Shown here piece by piece: positions 34,410 to 46,340 of a DNA stretch of 64,000 bases. A program made the position numbers and the translations under genes. The stretch is from Octopus bimaculoides. Taxonomy: Eukaryota. The stretch spans positions 17,367,415 through 17,431,414 of the forward strand of contig NC_068983.1 of the NCBI RefSeq assembly GCF_001194135.2. The letters are read 5' to 3'. The notes below the pieces were generated by a model. That model had not been told where the DNA came from and did not search any database. It saw nothing but the letters and a program-made list of their open reading frames with translations. Positions within the stretch are counted from its first letter, which is position 1; every line of letters begins with the position of its first letter.

Positions 34410-35268
34410 AGGGTTGTGGGACGTTGTCTCACAGTTGCTGACAGTAAATGGTCATGATTATAGCAGTCCGTTCCCTAACTATTTGAGTTGTCACGAGCTG
34501 CCTCGCTCTGTTGTCGCCAAGTGACTACCTCCATTTTGCTTGGGGTTTCAAGTTTATCTACCTGGGCAGCACACTCAGCCGGTCTTGCTCCCTGGAGGAA
34601 GAAGTATAAGCCACCAAAAGCTAGAATTAAGATAACAAGTACCACCAACGAACGAAATCCATTGTTCTTAACGATATGTCTATCCTTCTGGATAGTTATA
34701 AAAACAAGAGCCCCCAAGCAAAAATCAGCTGGTCACTTGGTGACAACTCGAGTGAATGGACAACTTATCATGGCCACAAGCAGGCAGCCAAATGGTCAGA
34801 GGGAGAAATGAAGTTTACAATCAGCAACTACGAGACAACTTGCCCCGATTCTTTCACCCTCACTTAATTTTCTCTTACAACATCATTCTATTTCTATCTG
34901 TAATTACTGCTATACAATGACGAGAAGACGAACACAAACTATACGAGGAAAATCTACATCTATCTTTACTTCGCATGCATTACGATTTTATCACCTGCCC
35001 GCCGAGGCAAGGTATATACAATGTAAGGTAAATAAATATTTTCTTGACAAATTCAATCACTGTTTTTTCATCTTTACATAATGGCAATCAACGAAGAACA
35101 AATCCCTACAAGCAGATTACATCCATCCTGCTGTGTATCAACTATCGTTTAACATATTATTGTTATCAAATTAAATTTCAACCGTACAAATCAACCTCTA
35201 TTGTGTACCACATCAACCTCTACCGTAACATATTTTTACTGTCACAAATTGGTGACTCAGCCGTTACA
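34410..35268 (-). mobile_element. TGTAAC-starting LTR-like family: minus copy 34600-35268 plus an inverted fragment 34410-34560
   Basis: Reverse complement aligns with 41357-41870 (e.g. atttatttaccttacatt, catgcgaagtaaag, gaaggatagacatatc). Confidence 0.55.
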
Positions 35269-36509
35269 TATGTATGTATGTATGTATAAAATCGATTCCG
35301 CCAAATGCAAAACTTTGATGAATGGAATTTTAATGCAACAAACTGAATTCGTATATTAGACGATTAACTGGAAGATTTTGATATCTTGCCTACCGGAAGA
35401 TACTAAGGTATTCTGGCTCTGTTGCACACAAATGTATTATATAACAAATCAAGAATAAAACGTGTTTTACCAACTGCACGTTTTTATGTAATTAAATTCT
35501 TTAAGTTTCAAGAAATATCGGTTTCTAAGAGCAGAAAACAATACTTGTTTATTTTGAAATTTTCACAGATCAAATTGTTCAAATTGAAATGATTTATAAT
35601 GTTGCAATTTACTCGACCTCTTAACATGAAACTAAAATTATACAAAAACAAAGTGTTTTATGGAGAAAGATCTTTGATTTTCTTCGTTCAAATATCCGTG
35701 TTATTATTTCGCTTCTTGCATAAATCTTACAAGTTTTTTAAATGAATGTGACAAATTTGTAATTTAAGTGATAGATTCAGACGAGAAGTTTGTACAAGTT
35801 TCAAATTGTAAATGTCACTATGGTATTCAATTGAAAAATTCTGTGAACTCAGTCTACAATCTCTAACAGCTGTTGATTCGCACAACTCCTCAAGGGCATA
35901 ACAAATGTACAAGAATGTTAATAGTTGTCTCAGAGTCTTCTCATTGTTAACAGAACCGAACCTAACGCCTGTGGCTGCCGTCCTTATTTAACCCCAAGCA
36001 GACCTACAATCAAAAGCCATTCTAGCCGCCACCATCTCATTATTTTTTTTATTCACACACACGCACAATTTTTTTTTAATTCACATGCACACACACACAC
36101 AATTTTGTTACTCTTTTTTATTTGTTGAGTCATTTGACTNNNNNNNNNNNNNNNNNNNNNNNNNNNNNNNNNNNNNNNNNNNNNNNNNNNNNNNNNNNNN
36201 NNNNNNNNNNNNNNNNNNNNNNNNNNNNNNNNNNNNNNNNNNNNNNNNNNNNNNNNNNNNNNNNNNNNNNNNNNNNNNNNNNNNNNNNNNNNNNNNNNNN
36301 NNNNNNNNNNNNNNNNNNNNNNNNNNNNNNNNNNNNNNNNNNNNNNNNNNNNNNNNNNNNNNNNNNNNNNNNNNNNNNNNNNNNNNNNNNNNNNNNNNNN
36401 NNNNNNNNNNNNNNNNNNNNNNNNNNNNNNNNNNNNNNNNNNNNNNNNNNNNNNNNNNNNNNNNNNNNNNNNNNNNNNNNNNNNNNNNNNNNNNNNNNNN
36501 NNNNNNNNA

Positions 36510-36625
36510 GCTTTCGCCGAATATCCTCCCTCAAACGTTTCAAAACGTTACAGTAAAACTCTCGATTGACCGTCTGGCCTTGGGGGACAAATTCTCGTTC
36601 ACAATACCACATTTCTGGGGCTGAT
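36510..36625 (-). pseudogene. Second mariner transposase fragment
   Basis: EFVPQGQTVNREFYCNVLKRLREDIRRK. Confidence 0.85.
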
Positions 36626-37550
36626 GCTCGTGATAGGTCTTCCAGATCGCTCATCGTTTTCCAGAGACATTCTTCCACTTTTGAAGCGCCCGTGACACTC
36701 ACTCAAAACATTGCGTACGATCCATTGCCTCGTCATTGTAAGCTTGCCGAAGTAAAGAGTCTTGTGTTCTGTTATTCTATTATTGATGTTAAGGTTTATT
36801 TGTTTTCATTTTCAAACTTTAAAATTATTCTAAAAACGAGGAAAATAATTGAAACAAACGGAAAAGTTCAGGACAGCTAAGGATAAAATTTGAATATTAA
36901 AAATTATTTGATTATAATTTACAAAGTAACATAATTTTAAAAGATATCATTTTGTTAAAATATTGACACTAGAATACTTTAAAAATGTGAGCCAGAAGTA
37001 CCAATATAGCTAAAGTCTTATGCAAAGTAGAATAGTATATATGGTAGAGAGATTCTTTATGTAAAAGATGAATATTGGGGCAAGACTAAAAATGTGAAGA
37101 CTTGGCAATAACTCAAGCAAATTTTACGGTGAATTTGTTGTTATAGGTAGATATAACTATGAATATAAAACTAATTTTTGTATTATTCTATTTATTGTAC
37201 TACTATTATTTTTTATAACCTATTTTCAAATTTCTTAATTCAAAAAATGAATTTTTTTTAAATGCAAAGTATATTTTGAGTTATTTTTAATAGAAGTAAC
37301 AAGTAATAAACTAATAGAAGTAACATACTTGCAATAAAATTTTTAGTTTTAATAAAAGCTAATATTTTCTAAATCTGAATATTTTATTTGAAATTTTATC
37401 CTTAGCTGCAATATTTTAAGTAAAAGTTTTCTTGTTCTGTACTTTTCCAGGTTTATAATCTTAAGAATATTATTTCTCATACTCGCATTTTTCCATGTAA
37501 TATATATGTGTGTGTGTGTGTGTGACTGAAGAAAGGCCATGAATGACCTG

Positions 37551-38410
37551 TCTTTTTTTGCCTGTCCTTCTAATTGCTGTTTCTCCTGTCTGCCTTTGTA
37601 TCGTCTCTGTCCGAATGTTTTATTGTCCTCTATTGCGTTTTGGTTCCATTTTTTGTATTCATATATAAATATAGCGGCGTACGTGCACACTTGTGCTCAC
37701 CTTATAGTTGGTATATATCTAAATTTTGTACGACTCTTTTACTCTAGCTTTTAGTCCCCCTCATACTTTCTTCCTCTTTTCTTTTTCTCACACTCCCTCT
37801 CCCTCACACACATTTCTTGGCCCTCTCTTTCTTTAACTCCCAGTTTTCCTCCTCGTTTATTTCCTTTCCCTTTGTCTCTGATTTTTTCTAATCCTTCAAT
37901 CTCGCTGCCCCTACCCCTTTCTCCTCCTTCCACGTGACCATGGTGTCCAGCCAGCCGTGATCTTTCTTTCTTGGCCTGACTGCCAACCGCCAATACCTCT
38001 TTCGTCCATCTATGTTCCTACCTTTAGGCTTTCACTTCATACACGCCAGCTCGATTTGATTCGCTCTCAGTCGAAGGAAACCTGTTGCTATATTCTAGTT
38101 GTTTGTATTTGTAATTTGCACCATGTTCTCCGTTTTTTTTTGCCTTTGTTGGCGTACACAATCGATAGCTTTCTTACAAAAACATCTAATGCTCTTAGCT
38201 TAGACTTTTTTGGGAGGCAACCAGATCGAACTGTTTCAAGTGTAACTGCCCGAAACAGTAAGGACTTCTGGTAACTTGACCGGGGAAAGAAGGTCACGTC
38301 TTTTTGCCTGTCCTTCTAATTGTTTTTTCCTGTCCGCCTTTATATCGTCTCTCTGTCCGAATGTTTTAATATCCTCTATTGCATTTTTGTTCCATTATAT
38401 ATATATTTAT
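37551..38410 (+). repeat. About 110-bp direct repeats 750 bp apart (37551-37665, 38298-38405); possibly Penelope-like remnant
   Basis: tttgcctgtccttctaattg..ctctgtccgaatgtttta..cctctattgc occurs twice. Confidence 0.65.
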
Positions 38411-38714
38411 ATGTGTGTGTGTGTGTGTGTGTNNNNNNNNNNGTGTGTGTGTGTGTGTGTGCATGTATATGTACGTATGTATATACATATATATATATAT
38501 ACGTTTTCGTTCCTTTCGGGATTTTATCCCTGATTTTGTGGCTCTAGAACCGAGCAGTTCTTTCTAGCGTAAGAAATACCATGAGTGGATTCCTCTTATG
38601 TATTTATATATATGTGTGTGTGTGTATATATATATGTATATATATATTATACATACATATAAATATATATAAAACATACATACAAATAGTTCAAATGTAT
38701 AGAAAGCAAAAAAA

Positions 38715-38820
38715 CGAAGACAGGTGAGGGAACAACAAGCAGGTATATTAGTTTGATACCCGGGAAAAATGGAAAAGTCTTTGACTTTTCGAGCCAACAG
38801 TCTTCGACAGAAAAGGTTGA
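38715..38820 (-). mobile_element. Penelope-like terminal fragment with a decayed hammerhead
   Basis: Minus strand cctttt-CTGTCGA-agactgttggctc-GAAAAGTC-aaag (38779-38816). Confidence 0.4.
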
Positions 38821-40140
38821 GAGGAAGAAAATGGTGAGAGAATGAAAAAAAAAAACGGAGAAAGAAAAAATATATATCGGGATTAACGGTTCAAAACACA
38901 CACACACACATACATGCACACACAAACACACACACGCATGCACACACACACACACACATTCATATATGCATGCATGCATACATACATACATGCATATACA
39001 CATATTTATATGTAAGAAAACGAGACTGTGCGTTGTTTTTATGAATGTAATATACAAAGTCATAATAGGTAGATCAAACAAAAAATACTCTTCACCAGCC
39101 TTTTCTAGGAATGTTTGAAGTTTCGATGCCTTAGGCAAAACCACTATTCTAATGACGTCAACTACCATTGGATGCAGTTGCTAGGAAATTGTTGCAGTGG
39201 AACTGCGACACAACACACTAGAAAAAATATTAAGCAGAACAAAAAAACAACAACAAAGAAAACGATGAAACCAACCAACAGATGAAACAAACGCAAACAT
39301 ACCCTCATCAAAATATCCTCTTGTGAGGATTTTTGTGGTCTGAGCGATTTGGACGTATTGTACAACGCCCGGATACGGTTGTTCGAGAATCGACAAAAGT
39401 GCTGAGGCACAAAAGACAGGAAAAACGTAAGGAAAATATATAGAATATGTAGTTGAGTTTTATAATGAATGAAACAGGAAAGATACGCAGGCAAGGGAGA
39501 TATATGGTAAAAACTTGGACAGAAGAGAGAAACAACAGTAATAAGTACGACGCTAAAAGTAAAAACGAATAAATGATTAGGTTCTCGAGCAACGTTCTTC
39601 AGCAAATAATGGGGAGGTGTGAGGGGGACAAAGAGAAATTGGTAAGTTGGTGAGTTCACTACAGAACTGAACTGAAATGAGAAAGAAAGGTAACAGGTCA
39701 GAGCGGAGGCCAAAAGAAGTTTCAAGCTGGGAATAGAAAGAGAAAAGAGACAGAGTAAAGGGGGAGAGATGGTAAAGAGAGAAGAGGGAGGGATAGATGG
39801 CAAAGAGAAAAAAGAAAAAGAAATGTAGCAGTATTTTAAACAATGTAGTGGCTTCTACGTAAACTGTAGAAACTCATAACAAATAAATTAAATGCAAAAT
39901 ATTCCTTACTTGCAATCACTCTTTCATGATTTTCATGACTTCAACGCCACAAGAAGTAAAGTTATAATAGTAGCATCAACAGCTATTGGAAAACTTAACT
40001 GTATATAATTTTTACTAATGTTTCTTTGGTCTTTTATGTCTTGTCTCCACCTTGTCAATTCCCTTAACGCTTCATGATTTATTGCTTACTGTAATCGCTT
40101 TGTTCTTATAAATATATTGGCATGTAATTTATATTCACCC

Positions 40141-41135
40141 TGTAGTGAAACTAACACCTCGATCGCCATTATATACAAAGAAACCATCTTCTCTCGCTGT
40201 TATAAATATAATCAAGTTCGGGCGTAGTAGAGAACAGGCTACTATTCCTCACGTGACTAATTATTATTTGAAGCGGCAACTGCTTCGTACCGTTCCCGCC
40301 AGAACGCAAACTGACCAATCACAACCCTTAATAAGGTCACGTGATAGTGTTTTTCTGATACTCCATCGGAGCCTACTTTCAGCTATAAATAGACTGCTAG
40401 ATACCCAGCAAATTCGTCTCGGTTCAGATCTCTTAGAGACCTGTTCCGTGTACCACACAGAGCAGCAGCAGCAGTTCCAGCGACGACATCAACAGCATCT
40501 CCAACTGCGACTACCAGCANNNNNNNNNNNNNNNNNNNNNNNNNNNNNNNNNNNNNNNNNNNNNNNNNNNNNNNNNNNNNNNNNNNNNNNNNNNNNNNNN
40601 NNNNNNNNNNNNNNNNNNNNNNNNNNNNNNNNNNNNNNNNNNNNNNNNNNNNNNNNNNNNNNNNNNNNNNNNNNNNNNNNNNNNNNNNNNNNNNNNNNNN
40701 NNNNNNNNNNNNNNNNNNNNNNNNNNNNNNNNNNNNNNNNNNNNNNNNNNNNNNNNNNNNNNNNNNNNNNNNNNNNNNNNNNNNNNNNNNNNNNNNNNNN
40801 NNNNNNNNNNNNNNNNNNNNNNNNNNNNNNNNNNNNNNNNNNNNNNNNNNNNNNNNNNACGGCCTGTCTTTTATTGTGTTTTCATTATGTCGCATACACT
40901 CACACACAGACATACATTTTAATGTTACAATAAATATTACGGTTATTCATCTTTATCGGTTGTGTTCTATCGTCTTCCTTTACTGGCATTTACGAATTCA
41001 CTATGTTATCGAAGTATAACATATTTATATCATTTGATATATTTTGTGTTCGACCGTGTGACGTGTTTAAGAAAGGAGCCCTGTTTTTCCATTCGTCACC
41101 ATTTCTCCCTTTTGGTTCGCACGGTCGTTCTTACA
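40141..41135 (+). mobile_element. Solo LTR (spans a gap)
   Basis: TGTAG..TTACA; TSD ACCC at 40137-40140 and 41136-41139; CCAAT, CACGTG, TATAAATAG near 40384 and AATAAA near 40929. Confidence 0.75.
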
Positions 41136-41356
41136 ACCCTATACAAGAGTGGAATTGAATGCTGTAGTTGATACTTCAAAATGGCTCCCCGATGAGATGG
41201 TCCTTACGAATCACGTAATGAACAGACAATGATGTAAAAGTTGTTAAGACAGCTATAGTAATGGATATTTTGAAATTTCACTGATACTATTTTCTCGCAA
41301 ATACCCATGCTAACATGGAAAGCGGACGTTAAACGATATATATATGTATGTATGTA

Positions 41357-42037
41357 TGTAACGATAAAGTTTTTAATTGATGTAGTTACCAATTTATAAC
41401 GGGTAAGGTTGATTAGGTACACAATATTATGAAGTTTTAAGAAAGTATTTATTTACCTTTACATTACAATACCTTGCTTCGACGGGCAGGTTATGATCGA
41501 TCCAAAAGCATGCGAAGTAAAGTTTGTGTTTGTGTCCTCTTCATTGTTTAGTAGTAATTACAGAGAGAGAGAGTGAGAATGATGTTGTAAGAGAACAGAA
41601 TTAGAGCTAGTGAGAGTTGTAGGGTGTGGGACGTTGTCTCACAGCTGCTGACAGTATACTTAATTTCTCCCTCTGGCCAAGGTTCTAGCTGGTCAGCCAG
41701 ACTTCGTTCTCATTGAGTCGTCACCGACTGGTGACTAACTGATTTTTGCTTGGGGTTTTCTTGCTTTTATAACTATCTAGAAGGATAGACATATCATTGA
41801 GAACAATAGATTTAGTTGGTGGTCTTGTTATCTCTATTCTAGCTTTTGGTGAACTAGAAGTTAGAAAGGGTCAAGTGGTGAAGACATTATTTTGGCCTAG
41901 CTAAAGGCATCTGGAAAATGTAAAACTGCTGTAATAGAAAAACCATTGCTCCACCGTGGGAAAAGTTCTGTTGCAGAGTTAATTTAAATTTGGCTATGGT
42001 GGATCGAATCCACTTCATGCATGCAAGATCCACTACA
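41357..42037 (+). mobile_element. TGTAAC-starting LTR-like copy inserted in a microsatellite
   Basis: Homologous to the reverse complement of 34600-35268; putative end CTACA at 42037; TSD obscured by (TA/TG)n. Confidence 0.5.
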
Positions 42038-42590
42038 TATATNNNNNNNNNNNNNNNNNNNNNNNNNNNNNNNNNNNNNNNNNNNNNNNNNNNNNNNNNN
42101 NNNNNNNNNNNNNNNNNNNNNNNNNNNNNNNNNNNNNNNNNNNNNNNNNNNNNNNNNNNNNNNNNNNNNNNNNNNNNNNNNNNNNNNNNNNNNNNNNNNN
42201 NNNNNNNNNNNNNNNNNNNNNNNNNNNNNNNNNNNNNNNNNNNNNNNNNNNNNNNNNNNNNNNNNNNNNNNNNNNNNNNNNNNNNNNNNNNNNNNNNNNN
42301 NNNNNNNNNNNNNNNNNNNNNNNNNNNNNNNNNNNNNNNNNNNNNNNNNNNNNNNNNNNNNNNNNNNNNNNNNNNNNNNNNNNNNNNNNNNNNNNNNNNN
42401 NNNNNNNNNNNNNNNNNNNNNNNNNNNNNNNNNNNNNNNNNNNNNNNNNNNNNNNNNNNNNNNNNNNNNNNNNNNNNNNNNNNNNNNNNNNNNNNNNNNN
42501 NNNNNNNNNNNNNNNNNNNNNNNNNNNNNNNNNNNNNNNNNNNNNNNNNNNNNNNNNNNNNNNNNNNNNNNNNNNNNNNNNNNNNNNNNN

Positions 42591-42706
42591 ACAATAAATG
42601 AGTATAATATAAAGTAAAGTAAATATCATAAGATAAATATAATATAATATTATATTATATTTATCTTATGATATTTACTTTACTTTATATTATACTCATT
42701 TATTGT
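42591..42706. repeat. Perfect 116-bp palindrome, no spacer
   Basis: Two 58-bp arms are exact reverse complements; abuts an N-gap. Confidence 0.9.
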
Positions 42707-43557
42707 GCTTTTAATTATTAATTTTTCTATATGTGATAGTGGATTTTCATCGATGAGTTCTTGAAAATTGGTTATTTTCCCTAAAACTATATATATATAT
42801 ATATAAATCAGTTATAAACCAGAGGGCCAAAAGCATCATTGAAGGCACGAAATTGCGTTTGACCCTCTGGACAATAACTGATGAGAATTTGGTGATCTTG
42901 TGCTACCAATATGAAATCTTCAGTCCTGAACTTCTCAGCCACTGATAGGTTGTTGCTTGGTCTACATCACCATTTCAACTTTGAAGTATATGCTGTCCAT
43001 GCAGAGGCCTCTGGCTCCACCGCTCCTCAATTTGTTTCTGCCCATTCTTTTTTGCAGTCTGCTTGATCTCTTGTGCTTGTTTTGTGGCAGTGGTTTCAGG
43101 TTCTTCATCTAATCCAGGGTTAATGCCAAGTTCCCTAGCAAATTTGCAAGCTTCTTTGACAATAGAATATTATTATTATTGTCGTCGTCGTCGTCGTCAT
43201 TATTATTATTATAATCATCATAATTATTATCATTGTTGTTGTTGTATAATGAAATAATAGATTGAAGTAATGGAATCTGAATACTAATTTGTTGAGGTGT
43301 TTAAAAATATGGCAGAAACAGTGGAGAGCATTCTAAAAGGTCAACGAATGAATCACTTAAAAGCAGTGTCTCTAATTGCATGATATTTGATTTGGAAACA
43401 AACAAAAGAAGCTGCAATCACAGAAAAATATTGCGTCTTCATAGTTTGTAATTAAAGCTGACATTTTCAAATGAGAAATCAAATTATCTTCTAGTTCTGA
43501 ATTTAAAGAGTTTCATTCATTTATTTTCTTCACATTAGCAAAAATGTCAACTACCGA

Positions 43558-43739
43558 AAGAGAAAAAACATTGTTCTATATTTAAGAGATGAAGAATTAT
43601 TTACATTTAACAGATATTTGTCCTCACCTTGTTTGTTGTTAACACAACATTTCGGCTGATATACCTCGCTCCAGCCTTCATCAGGTGTCTTGGGGAAATT
43701 TCGAACTTGGGTTCTCATTTCCTAAGGTATTTTTGATGC

Positions 43740-43781
<42 letters not shown>

Positions 43782-43845
43782 CATTATTATTATTCAGGTC
43801 ACTGCCTGGAATTGAACTTGGAATCTTGGGGTTAGTAGCCTGCAC
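43558..43845 (-). mobile_element. Hammerhead-bearing tRNA-headed element, copy B
   Basis: Minus strand gacac-CTGATGA-a-ggctg..cagcc-GAAA-tgttgtgtt at 43640-43690; (AAT)n; gttcaattcc B box. Confidence 0.85.
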
Positions 43846-44115
43846 CGTGGTTAAGAGCTTGGGCTACTAACTCCAAGATTCCAAGTTCGATTCCAAGTAG
43901 TGACCTGAATAATAACAACAATAATAATAATAATGATAATGATAATAATAATAACAACAACAACAACATCGAAAAATACCTTAGGAATGAGAACCCAGGT
44001 TTGAAATTTCCCCAAGACACCTGATGAAGGCTGGAGGGTATATAAGCCAAAATGTGTTAACAACAAACAAGATGAGGACAAATATCCATCAAATGTAAAT
44101 AATGTAAATAATGGA
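43846..44115 (+). mobile_element. Hammerhead-bearing tRNA-headed element, copy C (head-to-head with B)
   Basis: gtggttaagagc..ggctactaac..gttcgattcc..(AAT)n..CTGATGA at 44021-44027; GAAA core mutated. Confidence 0.85.
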
Positions 44116-44728
44116 GAAAAAACATTGTTAAAAACTCACTGGTTTGCACTTTTCACTCAGTGTTTTAAAAGCAAGAATTTGGATTTTGCTCTCTGATGGA
44201 CAGTGTTTATTAGATCTAATTTTTGTTGTATCATAGTTGTTCCAGTTGTCAAACTGTGACTATGCTAGGGCATGGCATTGAAGGGTTAACCTAAAAGAAT
44301 TTGTTGCAGTACTTAAGTTTTTAAAGTCTGGTATTCTTATTCTATTGGTCACTTTTGCCACACCACCATAGTAAAGGTTAAGGTAAAGTTACCTTCGGGA
44401 GTCATGCTGACTCACCAAGGGCCGGTTTCCCAGTTTCCATGGTGTATAAATTCCCCACCTGGATGGAACACTGGTCCATTGTGGGATTACTCATTTTTTG
44501 CCAGATGAATGGACTGGAACAATGTGAAATGAGGTGTTTTGCTCAAGAACACAAAGCGTTGACCGGTCCAGGAATCAAAACCACGATCTTATTATTATGA
44601 GTCCAACATTCTAACCACTAAGTCACACACTGCCAAATAAGTTACATGAACGTAAACAAAATAAAACCAGTTGTCAAGCTTTGGATGGTGGGACACAAAC
44701 ACAAGCACAAAGACACACACACACACAC

Positions 44729-45272
44729 AGCACTGACCTACCCAATGTCAACCACTCTGGTGTTACTTGGTTGGCATTTAACAAGGTGTTCAGTTGTGCA
44801 GCTATTTGTGCATGACATTCACCAAATCTTTTGATCCAGTAGCCTTGAACTCCATCTGGTCTCGGGGCCTTCCAGTTGCTCATTTTTTTGCTGATTTCCT
44901 TCACTTCCCTAACTGAATTGACCAGTTCTGCCTGTTTTGGACAGACTACTGTTTGTTTCAGTTCTTGAAACCATTCAGCATCCTTCTTGTGCTCTTTGTC
45001 TTTGCTCCAGATGTCACTCCAAAACCTTTGACTTTCATTGTTATCTGGTATCAGCTATTCATCTGTGCACTCTCCATTTATTTCTTTATAGAATCTCTTC
45101 TGATCTACTCTGAATAACCTATTCTGGTGGTAACCCTTCATTCTTGGGTTGTATCTTACCATCTTTGCTTTCTTTGTAACGAGGCGCTGTTTCAGTTCAT
45201 CCACTACTACATTCAGGCCCTTTCTTTCTATATTATACTTCCTTTTCAGCACCCTGTATTTTTGTTCACTTT
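44729..45272 (-). pseudogene. R4/Dong-clade non-LTR retrotransposon internal fragment (upstream of RT)
   Basis: YHQNRLFRVDQKRFYKE..FWSDIW..MSNWKAPRPDGVQGYWIKRF..QLN..PEWLTLGR. Confidence 0.8.
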
Positions 45273-46244
45273 TATTATTATTATTATTATTCAGCTTGCC
45301 GCCTTTCAGCTTCTGTCTCCCAATTCCACTCACAAGGCTTTAGTTGGCCTGAGGCTATAGAAGAAGACACTTTCCCAAGGTGCCACACAGTGAGACTGAA
45401 CCCAGAACCGTGCAGTTGGGAAGCAAATGTTTTACCATACAGCCATACCTGTACTGTGTAGATAAATTAGACAATAATTTTATCTTAATTGGTAGCTTTG
45501 CAAAATCACAACAGATATGTCTCACATCATAATTAATTAATTAATCACAACGCGTTTCTCCATCAGCATTATTGATTTGTTTCCGGGTTGCACTTCATCA
45601 TCACCATTTTCATCACTCTTGTATCACTGACATCTTTCTCCAGTCTCAATCCTCAATCAACCACCTATAAATACCTACATGAATGACAGGTGATACTTTT
45701 ATAACAGGATTGAGATTGTGGCTGGAGGAAAAAAAAAAAAGTCTAAAAATATTTCTTAATCGATTTTGGGAAAGAGACAGGAAGAGGGTTTTGCAAACAG
45801 CACTCTCTTTAATCATTATAAATATCCTCATCATTGCCACCATCGCCACCGCCACCGCCACCACCATCATCACCAGAAACAATATTGCATCACCACTACC
45901 ACCACCACCACCAACAGCATTCGGTCACCACCATCACCACCATCGTTATCATTAACTATCACTATTACTAGCTGCAGTAGTAAAAGCAGACTTTATTGAC
46001 ACCGATGAAGTCTGGATCATTTGATTCACTTGTGCTACATTATATTTCTTGTGGCCCAACTAACTTACCTGGACACTATTTCTCCAGCTTCATCAAGTCA
46101 GGTTTCTTAAGGTAAAAAGAAAAGTTTTTACTCCAGTTTTCCTTCTCCAACATGAATATCAGAGAATAACGACAATTGAGTGATTATCCCCAAAAAGTCA
46201 AAAGCATTAAGTAACACATATAGATTTTATAAATACATACATAC

Positions 46245-46340
<96 letters not shown>

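Noticed and set aside
34475-34717. 80-aa ORF with a transmembrane-like segment (SLVVLVILILAFGGLYFFL)
   Set aside because: The homologous copy at 41750-41870 is frameshifted through this segment; it lies within an LTR-like repeat.
45646-45999. His/Thr/Pro-rich ORFs
   Set aside because: (CAC/CAT)n microsatellite translations.
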